A stretch of 64,000 nucleotides of DNA from Pristiophorus japonicus. Lineage: Eukaryota. Below, piece by piece: positions 48,479 to 62,195 of the stretch. Both the position numbers and the translations under genes were made by a program. Positions within the stretch are counted from its first letter, which is position 1. Every line of letters starts with the position of its first letter. The notes beneath the pieces were generated by a model. That model ran no database searches, had not been told where the DNA came from, and saw only the letters and a program-made list of their open reading frames with translations. The stretch covers positions 204,290,001-204,354,000 of the forward strand of contig NC_091985.1 in NCBI RefSeq assembly GCF_044704955.1. The letters are read 5' to 3'.

Positions 48479-49580
48479 ACTCCCCCTGCCCCGGCTCCAA
48501 GCTTCAGCACCAAGTGCAACAACGGCTCTTTTCAGAGCCACCAAATCAGCAAAGGAAAGAGCTGCGATCTACTGTAACCAGAGCTTCGTGTTGTTCATTA
48601 ACCCATTGTAGGGACGGGCAGAGGGTGTGGGACTGATTACTGATCGTGTGTTCATATACCAGCTCGGTTCACATGGGAATTATTGACGATTAACTGGTGA
48701 GTCTTTTAATATTTTCAGAAACTGACATCGGCTTTGCGTCGCTCTGACCTCGAGTTCCCCGGGGCAGAGCACAGATTTCCTCATTCGGTGTTGCCGGAGA
48801 ATGGGGGCAGGTAGATCTGGGAAGCACTGCAATGGACTCGGGTCCTGTATGTGTGCATCGCTCGCTGCTCCAGTGCGGTCTAAACTGACCGGCTTAGCGG
48901 AGAAATACAGAGCCCGGGAACGGCCAGAGCTCCCGAGAACAAAATCAGCATTCAAACTATCTCAAACCAGACCAGAATTAAACTAGGCCCTTTTATTACT
49001 ACATTAATTCATCATTGCCGACTCTCGTTTTCAGACAGATTAAAGAATATTTAAAGAACCGGTGGCAGTATTTATACAATTGTTGAGTGACAACTGTAGT
49101 TCAATTATTCGCTGTTAACGGGAAGTGTATGTGTGAGCAGAGAACCGTAATGCAGAGACCGGGAACTGAAAACTCCCGCGTACGGATAAGGGGAAAGCCA
49201 TTTAGGACTGAGATGAGGAGAAACTTATTCACTCAGAGTTGTTAACCTGTGGAATTCCCTACCGCAGAGTTGTTGATGCCAGTTCGTTACATATATTCAA
49301 GAGGGAGTTAAATGTGGCCCTTATGGCTAAAGGGATATGGAGAGAAAGCAGGAAAGGGGTACTGAGGGAATAATCAGCTATGATCTTATTGAATGGTGGT
49401 GCAGGCTCGAAGGCCTACTCCTGCACCTATTTTCTATGTTTCCAGGTCTAAAACAGGCCCATCTATCGGTACATGAATTAAAGGGCTCTGACTCCATTAA
49501 GACAGTAAGCATCCCCTTCACAGATACTGTGGGTGGCTCTGAAAAGAGCCTTTGGGTTATTAGATTAAATCTTGTCCGCT

Positions 49581-49976
<396 letters not shown>

Positions 49977-50923
49977 TCACAAGTTCAGACAAAGAATGAG
50001 AAACTCCTCCCACATCTGCCCTTCTTATACATTCTGGAGGGATGCAGGGAGCGAACTTGTGATTGGTCGCTCTGAAGTGGATTTCATTGGTCTTTTCCGC
50101 TGACCAATCACCGTCTGTTTAGCCCGCCAATGTAAACAGGGCGAAAATTACTGTTCGACTGCCAACGAATCTTCAATTTCAAAAACCCCGCCAATAATTT
50201 TTACAATGCGGATTATGTTAATAAATTCAACATTAGCCAAAGATTTCCACACTTTTTATTTCCTTTTGCCGTATTCTTTATTGCCTTCCAAATTCCAGGA
50301 TGTTACAATCAGGATTAAATTCGGGTTCAGTTTCAAACGTTCTGTAACGGGACACATTCCAGCTCAATCTTTGTACAATTTGGGAATCACAGATCATGGA
50401 TCGATCATCCGCACAGGCGGCAGTGAGACCAGAACTGGGAGTTCTTCTGTGAAAAGAGGGACAGAGGGTTCAAACTCCCTGTTCTGGTCTCTGTAAGAAC
50501 TCCCAGTCTGGGCTGTTGCACTCGGAATCTCGGATTAATAAGCGGGTTGACCCGAACTAGAATTTTTTTTATATTGTAAAGGGTTTGAGAGAGAATGAGG
50601 TGACTAAAGTCTGAGTTTCACCTCCTAAAACAAGATCATAATTCATTGGCAGGCGACCAGGGACAGTGTGTGCAGTTTACTGGGAGGAAAATTCATCAGA
50701 GAAGCTAAGGTTGAACCGGACAGTAAAACCGCTTATCTGAGAATTCAAATCTAAATCTACAGCTGGAATTTTAAATGCTGTCAAACACACTTGCTCAGGA
50801 AATAACTACAGTAAATTGAGTTTAAAGGGTGATGTGTTTGTGCAGCTCTTTCAGAGACGTTGTGGGTGGCTCTTAAAAGAGCCGTTGTGTTTAGGGTTTG
50901 TTGTGTCAGGACAACGTGGAGTT

Positions 50924-51301
50924 TTACTTGGAGCTGGTGTACTTGGTCACCGCCTTTGTCCCTTCCGATACGGCGTGCTTGGCCAGCTCCCCGGGTAGCA
51001 GCAGACGCACGGCGGTCTGGATCTCCCGGGAGCTGATGGTGCGGCGCTTGTTGTAATGGGCCAGGCGGGAAGCCTCACCTGCGATGCGCTCGAAAATATC
51101 GTTCACAAAAGAGTTCATGATGCCCATGGCCTTGGAGGAGATGCCGGTGTCGGGGTGAACCTGCTTCATCACTTTGTAGATGTAGATGGAGTAACTCTCC
51201 TTCCTCGACTTCCTGCGCTTCTTACCGCCCTTTGGTGGTGTTTTCTTGATCACTTTCTTGGCGCCTTTCTTGGCAGTAACTGATTTCTTCTCTTCAGGCA
51301 T
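50924..51301 (-). CDS. H2B: Histone H2B
   Basis: MPEEKK...[11 protein letters not shown]...KYTSSK; TATATAA, octamer-like ATTAGCAT and CCAAT upstream; stem-loop at 50868-50883. Confidence 0.97.
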   Translation of the reverse strand: MPEEKKSVTAKKGAKKVIKKTPPKGGKKRRKSRKESYSIYIYKVMKQVHPDTGISSKAMGIMNSFVNDIFERIAGEASRLAHYNKRRTISSREIQTAVRLLLPGELAKHAVSEGTKAVTKYTSSK

Positions 51302-51824
51302 CGTCTTGTTCAATCCAACCCAGACATGACGTAAATTTAGCTCGGAGCTCGCATTATATAGGCAGCCCCACACTCCGCCCACAGCCCTATGCTAATGACG
51401 GATGGGTGAAGGCAACAATTGTGATTGGTTCACTCACTGCGTTGTCAATTTCTATTGTTCTGTAATTCTCTGATTGGATGTTTAAAGAGACCAATCAGAT
51501 TTACTGCTCGCCACAATCTCAAATTCTTCAATTAGGTCATCAGTTACATCCCCTCCCGACTTATACTCTGTTCTTTATCGATCTAGATTTCTACATGTTT
51601 GACAGACATTGACCGGTTTGTAACCGAGATTGCCTGAGGGCCACTTCTGGTCAGGACTTGGAAGTCTATGAGGGCAAAAGACCCTCAATGTCCTTCCTCC
51701 CTGATGCTGCCTTCCTCCCACCGTTTAATTAAACACCTTTCTTATCTTTCACTGCTGTAACTACATTAGTTGTTTCAGTGTTACCTTCACCTGGAATATG
51801 CCGTACCTTCTGTGCCGTAAAGGG

Positions 51825-52110
51825 CCTATTTCCCTTAGCACAGGAGGCATAAATTTAAAGTAATTGGTAGAAGATTTAGAGGGGAAATATCTTCACGCAG
51901 AGGGTGGCTGCGCTCTGGAACTCACTGCCTGAAAGGGTGGTAGAGGCAGAAACCCTCACCACATTTAAAACTACTTGGATGTGCACTTGAAGTGCCGTAA
52001 CCTGCAGGGTTACGGACCTAGAGCTGGAAAGTGGGATTCGGCTGGATAGCCTTTTGTTGGCCGGCACGGACACGATGGGCCGAAGTGGCCTCATTCCGTG
52101 TTGTAAGCTT
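51825..52110 (+). mobile_element. CR1 3' fragment
   Basis: Similar to 16320-16610. Confidence 0.8.
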
Positions 52111-52242
52111 CGATGATAAATATCTATAATTCTGAAACTAAAAGGATATTCCGTCCATCGTGCATATGCTGATTTAAAATATCTATCGATACCGAACAAA
52201 ATGTAAATGAACTATATCTCCCTCCCTCCCCCCGTGAGGCGG

Positions 52243-52384
52243 TGGGTGGGACTTAGAAGAGCCTTTGCTTTGTGCTTGGGGGAAGAGAGTCCCGTTGAAT
52301 CCATAGAAAGTGCGGCCCTGCCGTTTCAGAGTGTACACCACATCCATGGCAGTGACCGTCTTGCGCTTGGCTGCTCAGTGTAGG
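52243..52384 (-). pseudogene. H4: H4 3' fragment with deletions and a damaged stem-loop
   Basis: [25 protein letters not shown] remnant. Confidence 0.9.
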
Positions 52385-52811
52385 CCTAAACTGACCGGCT
52401 TAGGAGAAAATACACAGCCCGGAACGACTGGAGCTCCCGGGAACAGAACCAGCATTCAAACTCTCAAACCAGACCAGAATTAAACTGGGCCCTTTTAATA
52501 ACCGCCGACTTTCTTCATACAGCTTTCATTGATAAGATTAAATATTTAGGGAACCGGTTGCGGTATTTATACAAGTTTTGAGTCTCTGACAACTGTAGTT
52601 TAATTATTAGCTGCTAACTAAAACAGTTTGTGAGCAGAAAACCATAATGCAGATACCAGGAACTGAAAACTCCCGCATACAGGTCTGAAATAGACCAATT
52701 TATCGGTATCTGAACTCAAGGTCTCCATTAATACAGTAAGGAGCCCTTTCACAGATACTGTGAGTGGCTCTGAAAAGAGCCTTTGGGTTATTAGTTTAAA
52801 TCTTGTCCGCT

Positions 52812-53255
<444 letters not shown>

Positions 53256-54586
53256 TTATCCCTTCTGGAGGGATGCAGGGAGCGAACTTGTGATTGGTCA
53301 CTCTGTCGTGGATTTCATTGGCCGTTTCCGATGACCAATCACAGCCTGTCTAGTCCACCAATGAAAGGAGGGCGGAAATTACTGGTTCCCAACAGCCAGA
53401 ACCTAACGATTTTTTAAATTCAAAAATCCCGCCAATAATTGTGAAAATTGCGGATTGAGTTAGTAACTTCACCATTAGCCAAATACTTCAAAACACTTTT
53501 TGTTTCCTTTTGTCTTATTCCATATTTCCCTTGCAAATTCCAGCCTGTAACAATTAGGATTAAATTCGGCTTCAGCTTCAAACTGTCTGTAACGGGCGGG
53601 ACTCAGTCCCCACTGATTCTGTAACGGGACACATTCCAGCTCCATCTTCGTAAAAGTGAACTTGTTTTCACAGGAGCTGCTGTGGGAGTGAGACCAGAAC
53701 TGAGAGTCCTTCTGTAAAAAGAGAAGAGGGACAGGGTGTTCAAACTGCCCCTGTTCCAGTCTCTAAGAACTCCCATTCTGGGTTGTTACACTGCGGGGAG
53801 TCTCGGGTTAATAAACGGACTGAGCGCAACGGAATAAAAAAAACTCGTAAAAAGGGCTTGAGTGAGAATGTGACTGAAATCGGAGTTTCCCCGCCCCCCA
53901 AAATAAATTCGTCGGCAGGCGCTGTGAATGAACGGGTCTGAGAACAAAGGGAAAGCGACCAGGGACCGTGTTTGTAGTTTACTCACTGCAGGAAATTCCA
54001 GCGACGCCAAGGTCAAGCCGGTCAGTGAAGCTACTTATGAGAATTCAAAACTAAATCTACAGCTGGAACTACAAAGGTTTTCACACACACTTGTTCAGGA
54101 AATAATTACAGTAAATTCAGTCTAAAGGGTGATGTTTGTGCAGCTCTTTCAATTATGTTGTGGGTGGCTCTTAAAAGAGCCGTTGTGTTTGGGGTTTGTT
54201 CTGTCAGGACAGCGTGGAGTTTTACTTGGAGCTGGTGTATTTGGTCACCGCCTTTGACCCTTCCGACACGGCGTGCTTGGCCAGCTCCCCGGGCAGCAGC
54301 AGGCGCACGGCGGTCTGGATCTCCCGGGAACTGATGGTGCGACGCTTGTTGTAATGGGCCAGGCGGGAAGCCTCACCCGCAATGCGCTCGAAAATATTAT
54401 TCACAAACGAGTTCATGATGCCCATGGCCTTGGAGGAGATGCCGGTGTCGGGGTGAACCTGCTTCATCACTTTGTAGATGTAGATAGCATAACTCTCCTT
54501 CCTCGAATTTCGGCGCTTCTTGCCGCCATTTGGTGATGTTTTTTTGATGACTTTTTTGGCACCCTTTTTCGAAGCTGGTTTCTTTT

Positions 54587-54896
54587 TTTATTATTCGTTG
54601 CCAATCTTTCCAATTCTTTGTGAGATCATAAACGCCAGAGGTCACCTTGCGCCCATCAAGGATCACTCTGCGCCAATGCTCTTAGCCAAAAGGCCTCGAG
54701 CCCAAGCACCGTTCCTGGAAGTACTGCAATATCAGGTTCGTGCCATGGAGGTGGATGGGTCAAGCCCCACACCCACCTCCTATTTCCAAAAAGCATAAGA
54801 GAACCACCTTCCTGATCCAGGGAGAACCACTTTCTGGTCATGGTTATTCCCCTGTCAGGTCAGTTACGCATGATCTTAGCCAAAAAACCGAGAAGC
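54587..54896 (-). mobile_element. U2/U1-snRNA-derived SINE-like element, copy 1
   Basis: Minus strand: U2 5' end, U1 5' region, U2 3' half, second U2 stem-loop I, unique body, A-rich tail; flanked by target duplication. Confidence 0.88.
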
Positions 54897-54907
54897 TGGT
54901 TTCTTTT

Positions 54908-55258
54908 TTTTAAAATTCGTAGCCAATCGTTCCAATTCTTTGTCAAATCACAAACGCCAGAGGTCACCTTGGGCCCATTCAAGGATCACTCTGCGCCAAT
55001 GCTCTTAGCCAAAAGGCCTAGAGCCACTGCACTGTTCCTGGAAGTACTGCAATACCAGGTTCGTGCCATGGAGGTGGATAGGTCAGGTCCCCCACACACC
55101 TCCGTGGAGGTGGATGGGTCAAACCACCCCACCCACCTCCTATTTCCAAAAAAGCAAGCATATACCTTCCTGATCCAGGGAGAACCACCTTGGGGTTATG
55201 GTGGTTACTCCCCTGTCAGGTCAGTTACGCATGATCTTAGCCAAAAGGCCGAGAAGCG
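54908..55258 (-). mobile_element. U2/U1-snRNA-derived SINE-like element, copy 2
   Basis: Starts CGCTTCTCGGCCTTTTGGCTAAGATCA (U2 nt 3-29); contains CCTGGTATTGCAGTACTTCCAGGAAC (U2 stem-loop IV). Confidence 0.9.
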
Positions 55259-55858
55259 GGTTTCTTTTCCTCAGGCATCGTCTTGTTCAGTCAGGTAGAT
55301 ATGAAGGAAATTTTGCTCCGGGCTCGCATTATGTAGGTAGCCCCACACTCTGCCCACAACCTTATGCTAATGACGGATGGGTGAAGGCAATGACTGTGAT
55401 TGGTTCATTGGCTGCGTTGTCAATTTCCATTGTTCTGTATCTCTCTGATTGGTATCTTTAAACATCCAATCAGATTTATTGTTTGCCACAATCTCAAATT
55501 CTTAAATTAGGTCATCAATGACATCCCCTCCCGATTTATATTCCGTTTTTGTTTCTATTCTGCTCTCAGGCAAAAATGGTTAATGACGGCCGGACTTATG
55601 AGGAAGGTTCTTTCACGTTTTTTTCTATATATACATTCAATAATCTGAACAGCTGTGTTTGTCGATCTACATTTCTACATGTTCGAGACATTGACCGGTT
55701 TGTAACCGAGATTTCCTGAGGGTCACTTCTGATCAGGACTTGGGAGTCCTTCTATGAGGGCAAGGGACCCTCACTGTTCTTCTGCCCTGATGCTGCCTTC
55801 CTCCCATCGTTTAATTCAACACCTTTCTTATCTGTCACTGCTGTAACATGGATGTAAC

Positions 55859-57120
55859 AGCATGGATTTATGAAGGGGAAGTCATGTTTGACAAATTTGC
55901 TGGAATTCTTTGAGGATGTCACGCACAGGGTGGATAATGGGGAAGTAGTGGATGTGGTGTATTTGGACTTCCAGAACGCATTTGACAAGGTGCCACATAA
56001 AAGGTTACTGACTGCACAAGATAAAAGTTCACGGGGTTGGGGGTAATATATTAGCATGGATAGAGGATTGGCTAACAAACAGAAACCAGAGAGTGGGGAT
56101 AAATGGTTCATTCCCGGGTTGGCAATCAGTAACCAAGGGGATGCCACAGGGATCAGTGCTAGGACCCCAACTATTTATGATCTATATTAACGACTTGGAA
56201 GAAGGGACCGAGAGTAACGCAGCCAAGTTTGCTGACGATACAAAGATAGGAGGAAAAGCAATGGGTGAGGAGGACACAAATTCTGCAAAAGGACATAGAC
56301 AGGCTAAGTGAGTGAGCAAGGATTTGGCAGATGGAGTATAATATTGGAAAGTGTGAGGTCATGCTCTTTGATTTGTGCAAGTGCAAGTTATTATTTTAAT
56401 GGTGAAAGATTGCAAAGTGCTGCAGTGCAGCGGGACCTGGGGGTACTTGTGCATGAAACACAAAAGGTTAGTATGCAGGTACAGCAAGTGATCAGGAAGG
56501 CCAATGGAATCTGGCCTTTATTGCAAAGGGGATGGAGTATAAAAGCAGGGAAGTCTTGCTACAGTTGTACAGGGTATTGGTGAGGCCACACCTGGAATAC
56601 TTCATGCAGTTTTGGTTTCTATATTTACAAAAAGGATATACTTGCTTTGGAGGCAGTTCAGAGAAGTTTCACAAGGTTGATTCCAGAATGAGGGGGTTGA
56701 CTTGAGGAAAGGTAGAGTAGGTTGGGCTTCTACTCATTGGAATTCAGAAGAATGAGAGGTGATCTTATCGAAACATATAAGATTATGAGGGGGCTTAACA
56801 AGGTGGATGCAGAGAGGATGTTTCCACTGCTAGGGGAAACTAGAACTAGAGGGCTTAATCTTAGAATAAGAGGTCGCACATTTAAAACTGAGATGAGGAG
56901 AAATTTCTTCTCTGAGGATTGTGAATCTGTGGAATTCGCTGCCTCAGAGAGCTGGGACATTGAATAAAATTAAGACAGAAACAGACAGTTTCTTAATGAT
57001 AAGGGAATATGGGGCAGGGAAGTAGACCAGAGTCCATGATCGTATTAAATGGCGGAGCAGGCTCGAGGGGCCGTATGGCCTACATTTGCTCCTATTTCTT
57101 ATGTTTTTATGTTTTTATGT
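55859..57120 (+). mobile_element. CR1 RT/3' fragment (frameshifted)
   Basis: PQGSVLGPQLF, KFADDTK, QRDLGVLVHETQ, RRMRGDLIE. Confidence 0.93.
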
Positions 57121-57396
57121 TCTAACTACATTAGTTTTTTCAGTATTACCTTCATCTGGAATGCCCCGTAAATGTCTATGATTTGAAGACTAAAAGGACA
57201 TTCTGTCCATCGTTTATATGCTGATTTAAAACACCTAACACCACAATATAGATCTTGGCAAAAAACATATCTATACAGAACAAAATGTAAATCAACGATC
57301 TCGCCCCCGTTCCCCAGGTCACTGCTCTCTCTGTGAAGAGGTGGGTGGCTCTGAGAAGAGCCTTTGTGTTGTGTTTGGGGGAAAGGGTCACGTTAT

Positions 57397-57701
<305 letters not shown>

Positions 57702-58635
57702 GATGATTCTTTACTGAAATCGCCGCTGAATGTTAATCTCTCGCCTTACCCATTGTCTGTTGAGACCACCAATGAAACGAGGGTGGAAATTCCTGTCCTC
57801 AACAGTCACACCTCGAACTATTTTTAATTTCAAAAACACCGCCAATAATTTTTTAAAGTGCGGATTATGTTAATAAATGCACCATTAGCCAAAGGTTTAC
57901 AAACAGGTTTTACTTCCTTTTATTTTATTCCATATTTCCCTTACTAATTCCAGGCTGTTACAATCAAAATTAAATTCGCGTTCACTGTCAATCTGTCTGT
58001 AACGGACGGCAATCAATCCCCACTGATTCTGTAACAGGACACATTCCAGCTCAAACTGTGTAAAAGTTGGGAATCACAAATCATGGATTGATCTTCCGCA
58101 CAGGCGGGAGTGAGACCAGAACTGGGAGCCCTTATGTGAAAAGGGAAGAGGGATAGAGTGTTCACACTGCTCCCGTTCTGGTCTCTGTACGAACTCCCAT
58201 TCTGGGTTTTTACATTGCAGGGAGTCCCGAGTTAATAAACAGATTGACCGTAACAGGAATTGAAAAATAAATTTGTAAAGGGCTTGCGAGAGAATGAGGT
58301 GACTGAAATCTGAGCCTCATTTCCTAAACAAGCTCTTAATTCCTCGGCAGGCGCTGTAAATGGGAACGAGCGACAAGGAATCGTGTTTGTAGCTTGAATG
58401 GTGGGAAATTCAACAGCGGTCCTAACGTCGAACCAGACAGTGAAGCTGCTTATGAGAATTCAAAACTAACTCCACAGCTGGAACTGCAAAGGTTCCCAAA
58501 CACACTTGTTCAGGAAATAATTACAGAATATTGAGTCTAAAGGGTGATGCGCTTTAGGTCTTTCAGAGAGGTTGTGGGTGGCTCTTAAAAGAGCCGTTGT
58601 GTTTCTGTTTTTTTCTCTCAGGACAGCGTGGAGTT

Positions 58636-59580
<945 letters not shown>

Positions 59581-61184
59581 GATATGTTTCAATAGTGAAA
59601 CAGCATTTGATCCTACCGCTCTGTGTGGCTGTAAGATTCACAATGAAACTCAGCCACTTCGGATCACTGTTGGACTGACAGCTTCTGCTGCCTGTGATAA
59701 CAGGATTGAGGTCAGTTCTGTGTCTCTGTGCTCTGTGAGTGATAATGTACTTACTGTATGCGAGAAGGAGCTGCCTGCACTTTGTCTTGTGTTCTGGATG
59801 GAAGAAATATCATATTTATACTGGCTCAATGAAGTATTTTGCTTTGAGACTAATAATACCAGAAAAATATTAGTTATGATATGGACAACTGATGGGGAAA
59901 ATATAAAATAAAGTTGCAATGAATGTATATGTTTATAATAAAGTAAAATATCTGGAGAGAGGAAACCGTGATACAAACAGTGTCCTTGTCTGACCTCACT
60001 GCAGTACAGCGGCACTCAGATTTTCCACACCAGGTGTGTAGGACGGTTCTATAGAAAGTTATCAGCAACCAGACACAACCCAAACCCAGCACTGGTCCAT
60101 GAATGGGATCACCCGATTAATACAATCAAGGTTTATATCCTCCACTCCCATAGGACTACCTGTAAAATTCTGAATCGCTTTCTGGATTATAACCACAGGT
60201 ACCTGGGCTGTACAACAATTGTTCTCAGTCTATTGGAACCGAGTTAAGTGCCTGTGCAGTCAACAGAATGTCACAGAGCCCGGATCATGATGTATCGGAG
60301 GGAGCAACAATGTATCTCTCGATCACCTTCAACACGGTTCTGGAGAACTCAACGCACCAAAACAAAATTACCAAATTTGAAATGTCTACTTTCTGTCCTG
60401 GTGCCTGCAATAGATACACTTTGTGACACTCCTCACATCCTCACTGTCAGGCTGTGTTTCCACTGTTCAATGTCCAAGGAGGGCAGACACGGTGAGATTG
60501 GGACTGAATCAGGAACATTCACTACTGGTTTAGTGACAGAAACCAGCAATGATTTGAAAGAGTGTGGTGATTAACTTTCTCTGTTACCTTACACTGTACA
60601 CACACAGCCCGGGATATCTCCGCTCCCTTCCCCCACTCACTCCACGTTCCCGAACTACTTCCTGCTCCATTCTGCCTCTTACAAACAGCCCCCGATTCCC
60701 TGACACAAAGCCCATTTGCGGACACAGTCCCAACGCGATGAGCTGCTGTAAGGTGGCTGCTGTTTGCTCCCTTACACTGGCCCGGGATATCTCCGCTCCC
60801 TGATGTGTTCAACGATTATCAGCCCAGCACAGAGGAAATGGCAGCCACAGGCAGAGTTGGGGGAGGGGAGGTCGCATGGGCCCTTCCCGTCGGTTTAAAC
60901 ACTGGGCGGGGAGACGAGTGGCCGGGGGCGGGGGGCAGCAGGCAAGTATTTCAATGCTCGAGTGTGAAGTTTGGAGGTGGATCTGGAAGCTCAGAGGCCG
61001 CTGTCTCTGCTCAATCTGTCACCCTGTATTGTTCAGACTATGGGATGGGAGTCTGAGTTTAACATTGTATAGTTCTGACTATGGGATGTGAGTGTGTGTT
61101 TTACACTGTATAGTTCAGACTATGGGATGTGAGTGTGTGTTTCACACTGTATTGATCAGACTATGGGATGTGAGTGTGTGTTAA

Positions 61185-62195
61185 ATTTTATATGAATGGA
61201 AAAGCCGAATGTTTAAAAGAAGAGAGACTAGTAAATGTAGTTATTCAGGGGGATTTGAGTATCATTGTACACGAATCACATATAGTTAACTTGCAGCTAC
61301 TGCAAGCAATTAGGAAGGTAAAGGATATGTTGGCCTTTATTACAAGGGGTTTGGAGTATAAGAGTAAAGAAGTGTGGCTGCAATTATGTCGGGCTTTGGT
61401 GAGACCACACCTGGTTTACTGGGCACAGTTTTGGTCTCAGTGCCTAAGGAAGGATATTAGAGGGGGTGCAACATTGAATCCTGGGATAGAGAGATTGAGT
61501 GAAATGCACCTATACACTCTGGAGTTTAGAAGAATGAGAGCTGAGCTCATTGAAACCTAAAAAAAAAAATCTTAGAAGGCTTGACAGGGTAGGTGCTGTG
61601 AGGATGTTTCCCTTTGCTGGATAGTCTCGATCTAGGGGGTCATAGAAACATAGAAAATAGGTGCAGGAGTCGGCCATTCGGCCCTTCTAGCCTGCACCGC
61701 CATTCAATGAGTTCATGGCTGAACATGCAACTTCAGTACCCCATTCCTGCTTTCTCGCCATACCCCTTGATCCCCCTAGTAATAAGGACTTCATCTAACT
61801 CCTTTTTGAATATATTTAGTGAATTAGCCTCAACAACTTTCTGTGGTAGAGAATTCCACAGGTTCACCACTCTCTGGGTGAAGAAGTTCCTCCTCATCTC
61901 GGTCCTAAATGGCTTACCCCTTATCCTTAGACTGTGTCATAGTCTCAGGATAAGGGATCAGGCACTTAGGACTGAGATGAGGAGAAATATATTCACTCAG
62001 AGGGATGTGAATCCTTGGAATTCTATACACATAGGTCTGAGACGCTCAGTCATTGAGTATATTCAAGACAGAGAACAAAGGGAATCAAGGGAAATGGGTA
62101 TCAGGCAGGAGTTCAGGGTGAAGTTCAGCCATGAATGTAATGAATTGCGGAGCAGGCTCGAGCGGCCTTACTGCCTGCTATTTCTTATTTTCTTA
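61185..62195 (+). mobile_element. Old CR1 3' fragment containing a nested opposite-strand young CR1 (61641-61936)
   Basis: LVRPHLVYWAQFWS; the nested piece is near-identical to 41021-41316. Confidence 0.9.

Larger units (their letters stand above)
54222..55278 (-). pseudogene. H2B: Histone H2B disrupted by a ~680-bp insertion near codon 7
   Basis: ATG CCT GAG GAA AAG AAA at 55278-55261; the rest of the CDS resumes at ~54578; promoter and stem-loop retained. Confidence 0.93.

Noticed and set aside
54587-55258. Functional U1 or U2 snRNA genes
   Set aside because: Mosaic order, missing U2 branch-site/stem II region, altered U1 5' end, A-tail and TSDs, and location inside a CDS
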